Source: a virus (taxonomy: Duplodnaviria > Caudoviricetes). Taken from it: a DNA stretch of 57,242 nt. Location of the stretch: IMG/VR virus record IMGVR_UViG_3300008966_000004, positions 1 through 57,242 of that record; one strand, given 5' to 3'. Shown here piece after piece: positions 8,601 through 17,755 of this stretch (position 1 is the first letter of the stretch; each line of letters begins with the position of its first letter). The notes beneath the pieces are model-generated. The model saw only the letters and a program-made list of their open reading frames with translations. It was not told the DNA's origin and did no database searches. The position numbers and the translations under genes are program-made.

Positions 8601-9537
8601 TGAAGACTGGCTTAAGGAACGTAAAAAATACATCGGTGGCAGTGATATTGCTGCAATTCTTGGTTATAGTAAATTTGCGACTGCTGTTGATGTTTATTTG
8701 TCAAAAAAAAGCGATAGCATAGAGCAGAAAAATGATGCTGCTATTATGTGGGGACATTATCTTGAAGACGCAGTTGCTTGTGCATATAGCGATAAAACAG
8801 GTCTAAAAGTAGAAAAACACGAAGGACTTATAGTCCATCCTGAATACCCTTTTATTGCAGGTAATATTGATCGCTGGGCGTATGATATAGCTTCTGGTAC
8901 AAGGCATATACTAGAATGTAAAACCAGCGGCTTCATGATGAGAAATGACTGGGGTAAAGAAGAGTTGACGGATGATATCCCCCTCTTTTATCTCACACAA
9001 GTAGCTTGGTATAGTATGTTAACTGATGTTGAGAAAGTTGATATAGCCGTTTTGATAGGTGGACAAAATTTTAGAATTTACACTTATAGAAAAGATAAAG
9101 ACCTAGAAGCAATTTTACTAAAAAAAGGAGTGGAATTTTGGCAAAATCATATTGAGAAAGATACCCCTCCTGCTCCAGTGCTAGTTAGCGACCTTGATAA
9201 ACTATATCCTAACTCATCAGAAAAAAGCGTTTACGCAAGCAACTATATAGAAAAGAAAGTAGAGCAATTAAATAACCTTAAAGCACAGAAGAAGAGCATT
9301 GAAACCGAGATGGAAAACTGCGAATTTGCTATTAAGGAATTTATGAAAGAAAGCGATATTCTAGTTAGCGAGCACGATTTAAAACCACTTATTACTTGGA
9401 AAAAAAACAAGGATAGCATGATACTTGATACAGAAAAACTAAAACTGGAAATGCCTGAAGCTTACAACTCCTTTTTAAAGAAAAAGACAGGTAGTAGAGT
9501 ATTTTTAGTTAAGCAGGCTAAAATGCCACAGAGCTAA
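8587..9537 (+). CDS. YqaJ-family (lambda exonuclease-like) recombination nuclease
   Basis: WLKERKKYIGGSDIAAILG, WGHYLE, HPEYPFIAGNIDR, LECKT, YLTQVAWY motifs; ORF track starts at 8560. Confidence 0.92.
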   Translation: MKNNNEDWLKERKKYIGGSDIAAILGYSKFATAVDVYLSKKSDSIEQKNDAAIMWGHYLEDAVACAYSDKTGLKVEKHEGLIVHPEYPFIAGNIDRWAYDIASGTRHILECKTSGFMMRNDWGKEELTDDIPLFYLTQVAWYSMLTDVEKVDIAVLIGGQNFRIYTYRKDKDLEAILLKKGVEFWQNHIEKDTPPAPVLVSDLDKLYPNSSEKSVYASNYIEKKVEQLNNLKAQKKSIETEMENCEFAIKEFMKESDILVSEHDLKPLITWKKNKDSMILDTEKLKLEMPEAYNSFLKKKTGSRVFLVKQAKMPQS

Positions 9538-9565
9538 AAAATAATTCTAAAAATTCAAACACTGG

Positions 9566-9594
9566 TTGATTTTACTCTTTTAGTCTGGTACTAT
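9566..9594 (+). promoter_or_regulatory. sigma70-type promoter, shared TAGTCTGG family
   Basis: TTGATT-17 bp (ending TAGTCTGG)-TACTAT. Confidence 0.6.
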
Positions 9595-9624
9595 AAAAGT
9601 GTACAAATGATTATGAGGAGTAAA

Positions 9625-9870
9625 ATGAGTCTAAAAACATTAATAAATAATATGGATAATTTAAAGGCGGCACTAAAGATACAGGCAGATAGAGAATACA
9701 GACAGCTTGTTGAGAAAGCTATTAATCTTGGCGTAGATGATTTTAACTACGGCAGCTATGATCCACAAGGTTTAAGACATGCAATAGGCGAGAAGTTACA
9801 CGAGACATCAGCTAGAGAGCAGAGATTCCTGCGTATTGAGTTCTATAATACAAATTCTAGGGGGTGTTAA
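9625..9870 (+). CDS. hypothetical phage protein
   Basis: GAGGAG RBS before MSLKT; ORF track 9607..9870. Confidence 0.65.
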   Translation: MSLKTLINNMDNLKAALKIQADREYRQLVEKAINLGVDDFNYGSYDPQGLRHAIGEKLHETSAREQRFLRIEFYNTNSRGC

Positions 9871-9872
9871 TC

Positions 9873-9971
9873 ATGGGTGATTTAGAGTTATTAATGCTAG
9901 TACACGGGATTATATTGTTAGTAGCTTTTATAGGAACAATAATAACCTTTTACTTAAAAATGAAAGATTAG
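9873..9971 (+). CDS. 32-aa membrane peptide
   Basis: MGDLELLMLVHGIILLVAFIGTIITFYLKMKD; GGGGG RBS; similar peptides at 26.6-27.0 kb. Confidence 0.45.
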   Translation: MGDLELLMLVHGIILLVAFIGTIITFYLKMKD

Positions 9972-9985
9972 AAAGGAGTAACAGA

Positions 9986-10576
9986 ATGAACATAATTAAA
10001 GCTATTGAGGTAGTAAAACAAGCACAACAAAAAGTCTATCATCCTAAATATACAATAGATGGTGATATTGTTGTTTTTTCTTCTGTTAGTGAAGACGGAG
10101 TTTTAAAAGGTAACAGCTTGACTTTAGAACATATTACTCCTGAATTACTGAACGGGTGGTGCATTTATAATGTAATAGATAACGACACACCTTTAAATAA
10201 AGATGAGAAAAAATATTTCGATTATTGTTTAAAAAAAATGATGACAAACATATTAGAAAGAAGAGAAGTTGATTGTTTTTATAGTATTGATTCACGTTAT
10301 GCTGGTTATGTAAAGGTTTTTAGACGTTTACTCGAGGTCAAAGAATATGGACTAAAAGCAATCCTACTTTTATGGGAAACATTAAATCAAGGAGTAGCTA
10401 GAAATAATATACCTTGCCTTGAAGCGCTTAATACTTTGTATAGAGTCTTCCCATGGCAAGCAGAATCCAGTTTTAATGACATGTGCGAAGATAGTGTATT
10501 GTCTATTAATGATTGGTTGATAGAAAATTACAAAGAAGAAATGATAGTTAATTTTTTGAATCAAAGAGGTAAGTAA
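9986..10576 (+). CDS. hypothetical protein, N-terminus weakly DUF2829/Tad2-like
   Basis: MNIIKAIEVVK...LTLEHI..W start; AGGAG RBS. Confidence 0.65.
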   Translation: MNIIKAIEVVKQAQQKVYHPKYTIDGDIVVFSSVSEDGVLKGNSLTLEHITPELLNGWCIYNVIDNDTPLNKDEKKYFDYCLKKMMTNILERREVDCFYSIDSRYAGYVKVFRRLLEVKEYGLKAILLLWETLNQGVARNNIPCLEALNTLYRVFPWQAESSFNDMCEDSVLSINDWLIENYKEEMIVNFLNQRGK

Positions 10577-10577
10577 A

Positions 10578-10946
10578 ATGACGGATTTTAATGCAAAACA
10601 TAGAGAGCTTTATTTGGAAGAGTTAAAAGAAGTTTTGAAAGAAAAAAGTAATTATATAGATGATTATAAAAAAAATCAAAATCAAAATTACTCGGGGGGT
10701 ATAAAAGTATTAAATTTATCAAATATTAAGGATTTAATAAATAAGTTTGATATTAAAAGTAAAGATGTACTTATAGAATTATTGAGAACATTAAAAGATA
10801 ATCTAAATGAATATGATTTTAAAAGGGTGTGTGAATTTAGATATTTTTTTCCTCATGAAAAAACATTATACGATTGTTTGTGTGTAGAATTATTTAAAGA
10901 TCAATTAATTGATATAATTTTAAACAATGAGGTAAAAGATGAATAA
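10578..10946 (+). CDS. hypothetical protein
   Basis: ORF track; GAGGT RBS; tightly coupled to neighbours. Confidence 0.6.
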   Translation: MTDFNAKHRELYLEELKEVLKEKSNYIDDYKKNQNQNYSGGIKVLNLSNIKDLINKFDIKSKDVLIELLRTLKDNLNEYDFKRVCEFRYFFPHEKTLYDCLCVELFKDQLIDIILNNEVKDE

Positions 10947-11376
10947 TAAATTTGAAAACTGGATGAATAACGTATTTGCTCCATGGGCATTAACAGTAGT
11001 ATTTGGAACTAACTTTATCGTGTTGATGTTAATACTCGGTGATTTGGCTTTCGGAAGATGACAAAAACTAAGATTTTTGAATATTTATCTCTTGCCCCTG
11101 AAGAACTGGATTTGCTTAAATTCGTCCAGTGGTTAGAACTGAACAGCGAAGGTGCTTTCCATGTAAATAAAGGAAAGAGACCTGAAATAAAGAATAAATT
11201 TGATTTAGGATTAAGGAGTAAGAAATGATATTAGAAACGTAGACTGAACTAAAGAAAAAATTAGAGAAAAAATAAAATACCTATTAGTAGAATTGTACTT
11301 CAAGCAGTAGAAGCAGTAAAAAAGATAAAGATAATAAAAAAGTAAAAATGAGTAAAATCAAAAAAGGAGCAAAACA

Positions 11377-12228
11377 ATGAGTAACATAATAACGACGACA
11401 AACACTTCCAACGACATGTTCGATGTAATGGACAAAGCTTATAAATTTGCCAATATTTTTGCAAAATCCGACATAGTGCCAGCTCACTATAGAGGCAAGC
11501 CAGAAAATACTTTTATAGCTGTACAAACTGCTTATAGAATGAATCTAGACCCGATGCTGATAATGCAGAATACTTACGTTGTAAAGGGTAAGCTTGGCAT
11601 GAATAGCACATTTGCTATATCACTTGCCAATTCCAGCGGAATATTTGACTCTGGAATACGTTATAAGCTAGAGGGCAGCGGTGATGATTTAAAAGTTACT
11701 GCTTACGCTAAAGTAAAGAATACAGGTGAAGAAATATCTTACACTATCGCAATGAGAGAAGCTATTGCTGAGGGGTGGACTGAGAACAAGAAGTATAAGA
11801 CATTGCCAGAGCTAATGCTTCGCTATAGAGCCGCTATATTTCTTATTAGAACTCATGTGCCAGAAGTATTAAATGGTATGCACATGGTTGAGGAAATAGA
11901 AGACATGTACATAAAAACAGTAGAGGAAGAGCAACCATCTCAACATTTAAGTAAAACTGATATGTTGAAATCTTATCTCGAAACAAAAGAAGAGATTGCA
12001 GAGCCAGATTACAATGCTGCTGATAATGGAATTATTTATGATGGGTATCCAGAAGAAGAACAGAAAAAGGCACTTGTCAACGAACTAAGAACGTTAATAC
12101 TATCAAATAACATTCCGACTGAAACAACTGCAAAATGGCTAGATAAAGCACATGTAGACAATATAAGCGATCTTGGTATTTCAGAGCTTAAGGCATGTAT
12201 TGATTTTGTAAAAAATAAGTATGAATAA
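11377..12228 (+). CDS. RecT-like single-strand annealing protein
   Basis: SDIVPAHYRGKPEN..AVQ..RMNLDPM..MQN.YVV.GK and PELMLRYRA motifs; partner of YqaJ. Confidence 0.85.
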   Translation: MSNIITTTNTSNDMFDVMDKAYKFANIFAKSDIVPAHYRGKPENTFIAVQTAYRMNLDPMLIMQNTYVVKGKLGMNSTFAISLANSSGIFDSGIRYKLEGSGDDLKVTAYAKVKNTGEEISYTIAMREAIAEGWTENKKYKTLPELMLRYRAAIFLIRTHVPEVLNGMHMVEEIEDMYIKTVEEEQPSQHLSKTDMLKSYLETKEEIAEPDYNAADNGIIYDGYPEEEQKKALVNELRTLILSNNIPTETTAKWLDKAHVDNISDLGISELKACIDFVKNKYE

Positions 12229-12271
12229 TTAGAAGAAAACGGATGCTTTGAGGAATAATAATATTAATTAA

Positions 12272-12346
12272 GTGCAAATAGCCAAGTGGGAAGGCCGAGG
12301 ATTGCAACCCCTCTATTCGCTGGTTCGATTCCAGCTTTGCACTCCA
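12272..12346 (+). tRNA. trnC: tRNA-Cys (GCA) with encoded CCA
   Basis: Acceptor stem GTGCAAA/TTTGCAC, D arm GCC-AAGTGGGAA-GGC, anticodon arm GAGGA-TTGCAAC-CCCTC, T arm GCTGG-TTCGATT-CCAGC, U discriminator + CCA. Confidence 0.9.
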
Positions 12347-12374
12347 TTTTAAATATAAAACAAAGGAGCAAAAT

Positions 12375-12605
12375 ATGACGGAGTATAACGCATGGTTACT
12401 ATTAAATGGTATAGTTCTTTTCTTAACTGTATATGTTGTTTATTTTCCAGCTTATCAAATGCTAAAGAAGCTAAAAGATTCTGATGATAAATATATTCCT
12501 CAATGTTTCTTTTTTCATGCTGGTTTTCATGCGTTATTGGTTTTAGTAGTTACTCCTTTTTTTATTAGAGGAGTGATCGATTATATATATTATATATTTT
12601 GTTAA
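12375..12605 (+). CDS. small 2-TM membrane protein
   Basis: Two hydrophobic segments; AAGGAG RBS. Confidence 0.6.
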   Translation: MTEYNAWLLLNGIVLFLTVYVVYFPAYQMLKKLKDSDDKYIPQCFFFHAGFHALLVLVVTPFFIRGVIDYIYYIFC

Positions 12606-12616
12606 AATACAAATAA

Positions 12617-14335
12617 ATGCTTTTAAGACATTATCAAACTGACTTTGTAAATAACGCTGTTAAAGCCTTAAATAAACATGGGAAGACTCTGGGTATTGCC
12701 CCTACGGGCAGTGGTAAGACGATCCTGCTTTCAAAGATCATAGGCGAACAATGCAATAACAATTCAAATTTAAAAGCCTGCGTACTTGCTCATAGAGACG
12801 AGCTTACTTTTCAAAATGAAAGTAAATTTAAGCTTGTTAACCCCGATATCTCAACATCAATTTGCAATGCAGATACAAAGGACTGGCAGGGGCAAGTAAC
12901 CTTTGCCATGGTGCAGACTTTATCTAGAAGCAACAATCTTGATAACGCACCTAGAATTGACATGCTGGTTATTGATGAGGCACACCACTCTACGAGCAAG
13001 TCTTATCAGGCGGTTATTAACAAATTCAAGGAAAGAAATAACAACCTTATTTTATTAGGCGTTACCGCTACTCCTATTCGTAATGATAGCGGAATGCTAA
13101 AGGATGTATTTGGTAATGTTTGCCATGTTATTAAATTAAAAGAGCTTATAGCAAGCGGTTATCTAGTCCCGCCACGTCCTTTTGTTATTGATCTTGGTAT
13201 TCAAAAAGAAATAGAGGAAGCAAGAGACAGAGACGGCGAATATGATATGGATAAGGTCGCTGGTTTAATGAATACGGAAATATCCAATCAAAAAGTATGG
13301 GAACACTGGATAGAAAAAGCAGGAAATCGCAAGACAGTAATATTCTGTTCTACCATAGCCCACGCAGAAACAGTAACACAAAAGTTCATATCCTGCGGTA
13401 TAAATGCAGCTCTTATTACTGGTGAGATGAACAAGGATGAGCGAAGAGTAATCTTTGAAGCCATGGATAAGGATAGAATCCAAGTTATTGTTAATGTAGC
13501 AGTATTAACAGAAGGTTGGGACTATCAACCTATATCATGTGTTGTATTACTACGTCCCTGTTCTTTCAAGGGAACAATGATACAGATGATCGGTAGAGGG
13601 CTTAGAACGATAGACCCTAGCATCTATCCTGATACTCAAAAAGATGATTGTATTGTTCTAGACTTTGGCACTTCTCTTCTAACTCATGGTTCTTTGGAAC
13701 AGGACATACACGCAGCTAGACGTAAACAAGGAAAGAAAACGGACGATTTCAAGATATGCCCAGACTGTTATCATAGCAACATCAAGGAAGCCTTAGAATG
13801 TGCGTTTTGCGGTTATGTATTTGGTGAAGATGAAGAAGAAATAGAATCTTTGCCAGATAGTAAAGAACTGCTAGATGATTTTAAAATGATAGAGCTTAAA
13901 TTGCTCGGTAATTCAATTTTCAAGTGGCACGATATTAATGAGAGTATAAAAATAGCGGCAACAATATATTCGACAGCTATCGTTATAAAAGATCAGAACA
14001 GATATTTAGCTATTGGTTTTTTAGAAGAAAAAGAAGAGGAAGAAAAGAAAGTAAATAACAAGGAAGTACATATCTTGGCTAACTCAAGTCATTACAATCA
14101 AGCATTAGCAGCTGCAAGCGATTATATGAACACGCATAACACGGACGATAGCTGTTCAAAAAGCAAGAAATGGCTAAAGTATGATATTTCAGAAGGTCAA
14201 AGACCTTGGATACCAGAAAAATACTTAAGTAAGAATATTAATCGCTATGAAGCAATGTGCGTTCTTCGTATGCAGTTTAATTTGTCTGCGATTAGAAGTG
14301 TTGCGTTAACTGCGGATGTGAATTTTACGTTTTAA
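12617..14335 (+). CDS. superfamily II DEAH-box helicase (RadD/YejH-like) with C-terminal Zn finger
   Basis: LRHYQ, APTGSGKT, DEAHH, TATP, VLTEGWD, QMIGRGLR, CPDC..CAFC. Confidence 0.93.
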   Translation: MLLRHYQTDFVNNAVKALNKHGKTLGIAPTGSGKTILLSKIIGEQCNNNSNLKACVLAHRDELTFQNESKFKLVNPDISTSICNADTKDWQGQVTFAMVQTLSRSNNLDNAPRIDMLVIDEAHHSTSKSYQAVINKFKERNNNLILLGVTATPIRNDSGMLKDVFGNVCHVIKLKELIASGYLVPPRPFVIDLGIQKEIEEARDRDGEYDMDKVAGLMNTEISNQKVWEHWIEKAGNRKTVIFCSTIAHAETVTQKFISCGINAALITGEMNKDERRVIFEAMDKDRIQVIVNVAVLTEGWDYQPISCVVLLRPCSFKGTMIQMIGRGLRTIDPSIYPDTQKDDCIVLDFGTSLLTHGSLEQDIHAARRKQGKKTDDFKICPDCYHSNIKEALECAFCGYVFGEDEEEIESLPDSKELLDDFKMIELKLLGNSIFKWHDINESIKIAATIYSTAIVIKDQNRYLAIGFLEEKEEEEKKVNNKEVHILANSSHYNQALAAASDYMNTHNTDDSCSKSKKWLKYDISEGQRPWIPEKYLSKNINRYEAMCVLRMQFNLSAIRSVALTADVNFTF

Positions 14336-14503
14336 GAGGACTCTGGAGTTCTAGATGGTGATAGATATAATCCATCACAACCTAGATCATAATGCACGCA
14401 AAAATATTTCCCTAATGAAAGGTGAAACAATTATTAAGAAAATATTTTACATGCAGCTACGTTATAGCATGTTTGCTTTGAATTAAAATAAAAAATATTT
14501 AAA

Positions 14504-14707
14504 ATGAGTGAGATTTTAGAAAAAACAAAGAATTACCTAATTACTTTGGTTTGTACTAAAGAATTTATCATTGGCTTTATATTCGGTTTTTTTGTAGCTG
14601 GCGGCATATTTTCCCACTGGATATTTGGCAATGATAATTTGTGGGAACAATTGCTAGAGTTAATTATTAGAATCACAACCAGCCACGATATAGATATAAC
14701 AAAATGA
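14504..14707 (+). CDS. putative holin
   Basis: Single long TM helix; ATGA-coupled to the endolysin. Confidence 0.5.
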   Translation: MSEILEKTKNYLITLVCTKEFIIGFIFGFFVAGGIFSHWIFGNDNLWEQLLELIIRITTSHDIDITK

Positions 14708-15287
14708 AAGCAGGAATTGAAGCTATAAAACTATTAAAAAAATTTGAACAGGGACCAAATGGCGGTTTTGCTAGCAGAGTATATCAATGTTCTGGTGGCA
14801 AGAATACCATCGGTTATGGACATGTAATATTACCTCATGAAACATTTGATGTAATCACTGAAAAAGAAGCAGAAGAATTATTAAAAAAGGATATAAAAAT
14901 TGCAGAGGAAGCTATTAATAAATATGTAGTAGTGCCGTTAACGCAAAATAAGTTTGATGCTTTAGTATCTTTTGTTTTTAATGTTGGAGTAAAAGCTTTT
15001 AAGCAGTCCACGCTTTTAAAAAAGCTTAATCAAAGTTTATACGATGAAATAGACGAAGAACTAGCAAAATGGATTTACATATCATGAAGAATATAATTGA
15101 TTCAATAATAACCTATTTGTCGCGCTTCTATAGCTGCAATAATTATTCTACTCAGCAATCATCCCAGATAGAAAAAATTATGCACAAAAAGGAACAGCAA
15201 TTGCCTATTCCCGAAACAAAAAAAAGAGTTAGCAAAGGTTTGATAAATAGAAGAAACGCAGAAATAGAATTGTGGAAAAAGAAATAG
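14704..15287 (+). pseudogene. GH24 (phage lysozyme) endolysin split by a 137-nt insert; N-part 14704-15087, C-terminal helix in ORF 15069-15287
   Basis: FE..G, TIGYGH, LTQNKFDALVSFVFNVG..F..STLLKKLN, KWIY then stop; canonical GLINRRNAE appears in another frame at ~15216-15287. Confidence 0.8.
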
Positions 15288-15376
15288 TCAATTAATATAA
15301 TTCTTCGGACTTTAGCACTTTAAGTCTTGACAAATAGTTATAAACCTTATATTATATAGGTATGAGGTAATTTGTT

Positions 15377-16279
15377 ATGAACTTAATAGAAATATTTGCA
15401 AAATTCCAAGATAATCAGCAGGCTATAGAGTATTTAGAACAAATACGCTGGAGAGATGGGGTTATTTGTACAAAATGCGGCTCGAATAAAACCTGTAAAC
15501 ATAGAGAAAAGACTAAAACTAGATGGCAATGTTGGAACTGCCATCATGTTTTTAGCGTAACAGTAGGCACAATATTTCACCATAGCCACGTACCGCTTAA
15601 TAAGTGGTTTATGCTTATAGCTCTGATGCTTAATGCTAAGAAAGGCTTGTCTTCGCTACAAGCTAGTAGAGACCTAGGGCTAAGAGCAATGACAACTTGG
15701 AGTATGATGCACCGCATTCGTAAGGCGATGGCAAGCGACCAAGCAGAACTATTAAAAGGCATCGTTGAGATGGATGAATGTTATATCGGTGGGAGACCTC
15801 GTAAAGAAAACAAAAAGGACGATGATAACAACGATGGCAAAGGAAGTCCTAGAGGACGCGCTACCAAGAAAGAAGCAGTAGTTGGAGCTGTAGAACGTAA
15901 GGGTAGCGTTAAGATTGAACACGTATCTAAATCTATGCTAGATAATAAAGGTTTACTAGCTTTTGTACGTAAAAACATTGATATCGCAGAAACCTTACTT
16001 GTAACAGATGAATACAAAGGCTATAATAAAATGAACGATAAAATTGCACACTATTCCGTTAATCACAGCAGGGAATACGTAAGAGGCGATATTCACACGA
16101 ATACCATAGAGAGTTTTTGGGCTATTCTAAAAAGGGGTATTATGGGTCAGTTTCACTGGGTTAGTAAAAAATACTTACAAAGATATCTTGCAGAATTTGA
16201 ATATAGATACAACAGAAGAAATCAAGATACTAAAGATATATTCAACAATTTATTAATGAGAGCGGTATGTCTAAGATAA
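15377..16279 (+). CDS. tnp: IS1595-family (ISXO2-like) DDE transposase
   Basis: Zn ribbon CTKC/CWNC, FSVTVGTIF, VEMDECYIGG, VTDEYKGY, VNHS, HTNTIESFW..LKR, YLAEFEYRYN. Confidence 0.95.
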   Translation: MNLIEIFAKFQDNQQAIEYLEQIRWRDGVICTKCGSNKTCKHREKTKTRWQCWNCHHVFSVTVGTIFHHSHVPLNKWFMLIALMLNAKKGLSSLQASRDLGLRAMTTWSMMHRIRKAMASDQAELLKGIVEMDECYIGGRPRKENKKDDDNNDGKGSPRGRATKKEAVVGAVERKGSVKIEHVSKSMLDNKGLLAFVRKNIDIAETLLVTDEYKGYNKMNDKIAHYSVNHSREYVRGDIHTNTIESFWAILKRGIMGQFHWVSKKYLQRYLAEFEYRYNRRNQDTKDIFNNLLMRAVCLR

Positions 16280-16809
16280 ATAATATAGAAGACATTCATA
16301 AAATAGAAAATTTTAACTTACCTTTATTGCAAGAAGCCTTAAGGTTAGCCGAATTAAAAATGATAGACGAAAACAACAGAAAAGAAAGGATAGATAGAAG
16401 GGCTTATTTTATACTTCCTTTTGTTTTAGGGAGTATAATATGGATGACAAAAGAAATATATCAACTTCCTAAAGATGTTGTGTTTAAAGATTATTTTCAA
16501 ACTAGTATATTGATTAGCTATTTGTTGTTTGTTATTACAGCTATTCTATTGTGTTACGTTATAAAACCTCAGTCGTATGGAGGTATGGGGAGGTTACCCG
16601 ATATTTGGCTTAATAGCTCTGTTGTAAGTAGTCTGGATAACAAGATTTTTGGTAAGATTTTAACAAAAATCTTGTTAGATTCCGAAGACTGTATAATAAA
16701 AACTTATGAGACAAACAATAAAAGAATAAAAATTTTATCTTGGAGTTTACGATTAGTTTTATTCACTCCTTTGTTTTTATTGATTAGTATCATAAGCCAT
16801 CTGTTTTAA
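16267..16809 (+). CDS. IS passenger membrane protein (3 TM; loosely PycTM/DUF5706-like topology)
   Basis: IDRRA followed by TM, second TM ending VIKP, NNKR followed by C-terminal TM; lies inside the IS IRs. Confidence 0.7.
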   Translation: MSKINNIEDIHKIENFNLPLLQEALRLAELKMIDENNRKERIDRRAYFILPFVLGSIIWMTKEIYQLPKDVVFKDYFQTSILISYLLFVITAILLCYVIKPQSYGGMGRLPDIWLNSSVVSSLDNKIFGKILTKILLDSEDCIIKTYETNNKRIKILSWSLRLVLFTPLFLLISIISHLF

Positions 16810-16978
16810 ATTTAGTTTTATCCTCTATTAATATTTCATTAGTTTTGTTATCAATAGGCTTTATAGTATTAGGTTTAACATTTTTATTATCTTGTATAGT
16901 CAAGGCATTTTTTAGACTAATTAAATTATCGAGTAGTTTTATTGGATTAAAAGTTGAATTATTTTTATTTTCTGTCAT
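16790..16978 (-). CDS. small hypothetical protein inside IS
   Basis: ORF track; AGGT RBS; inward promoter in right IR. Confidence 0.35.
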   Translation of the reverse strand: MTENKNNSTFNPIKLLDNLISLKNALTIQDNKNVKPNTIKPIDNKTNEILIEDKTKFKTDGL

Positions 16979-17098
16979 TATATTACCTATATAGATACTA
17001 AGAAAAGAGGTCAGCTAAGCTATAACTTAGCCCCTCAACTTTCTTATACCACAGGAATTTATTAAAAACAAGACTTAAAACGCTAAAGTTCGAAAGCT

Positions 17099-17338
17099 AT
17101 GCTTAGTATTATTCTTAGCAATATTCACTACGTTATTATAGGAATAATAACCTTTTTTAGTATTTATATTCTTCGGCGGAATACTAAATTAACTATAGAA
17201 AAAAACGATCTTGTACAAAATAACATAAAGAAAGAAAAAGTAATTAATATTCAGCAGAAAGTACTAAATGCTAGCGAGAAAATTAAGCATACTGATCTTG
17301 ATGCTAATCTTGAGCGGTTGTCAGAAAAAAACAAGTAA
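17099..17338 (+). CDS. putative inner-membrane spanin (Rz-like)
   Basis: N-terminal TM followed by coiled coil; downstream of endolysin; overlapped by a lipoprotein gene. Confidence 0.65.
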   Translation: MLSIILSNIHYVIIGIITFFSIYILRRNTKLTIEKNDLVQNNIKKEKVINIQQKVLNASEKIKHTDLDANLERLSEKNK

Positions 17339-17513
17339 TATACCGACTATAGTTTTACCAGAAGTGCCATTGATTACTCTAAAGGCAGTAGAAGAAATTA
17401 AACAAGTCTGTTTACCTCGCAAGTCCTGCGACAACTTCAATAACTGGCTAAGCGATGTGTATGTGTTTAAAATTAAATATGAAATATATAAGGAAGAACT
17501 AGAAAAATATTAA
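17268..17513 (+). CDS. putative outer-membrane lipoprotein spanin (Rz1-like)
   Basis: Lipobox ILSGC after hydrophobic signal; Pro-rich; overlaps the i-spanin gene in another frame. Confidence 0.7.
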   Translation: MLARKLSILILMLILSGCQKKTSNIPTIVLPEVPLITLKAVEEIKQVCLPRKSCDNFNNWLSDVYVFKIKYEIYKEELEKY

Positions 17514-17755
17514 CCTATATTGTCAATATCAGTACCATCAGAATCGTCATCTAGATTAATTGCTCGCACTAAAGTAGCAAGCCCAATTATAAGGTTCGTA
17601 CAGGCGAGAACCATTAAACGCATTTCTTGTAATCGTCCCGCCTCTACAAATAGCATAAAAGTAGTAATAGCAAAAAGCCATAAAACAATAACTTTGTAAA
17701 AGTTAAACTGTATTCCTTTTGCAAAGTCTTTAATTTTCTGTATTAAATTTAACAT
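17510..17755 (-). CDS. small 2-TM membrane protein
   Basis: Two hydrophobic helices, acidic tail; TAATG-coupled to the upstream gene. Confidence 0.6.
   Translation of the reverse strand: MLNLIQKIKDFAKGIQFNFYKVIVLWLFAITTFMLFVEAGRLQEMRLMVLACTNLIIGLATLVRAINLDDDSDGTDIDNIG

Larger units (their letters stand above)
15306..17092. mobile_element. IS1595-family insertion sequence with passenger gene(s)
   Basis: 24-bp terminal IRs CGGACTTTAGCACTTTAAGTCTTG (15306-15329) and reverse complement of 17069-17092 (3 mismatches); ~1.79 kb; inserted between endolysin and spanin genes. Confidence 0.9.

Noticed and set aside
12272-12346. tRNA as prophage attachment site
   Set aside because: No duplicated tRNA 3' end seen in the window, no integrase, and phage genes on both sides
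15079-15215. Group I intron in the endolysin
   Set aside because: Too short and unstructured; the U/G splice junctions I tried do not restore the frame
15298-17100. 8-bp target-site duplication of the IS1595
   Set aside because: Flanks TAATTCTT and AAAGCTAT do not match
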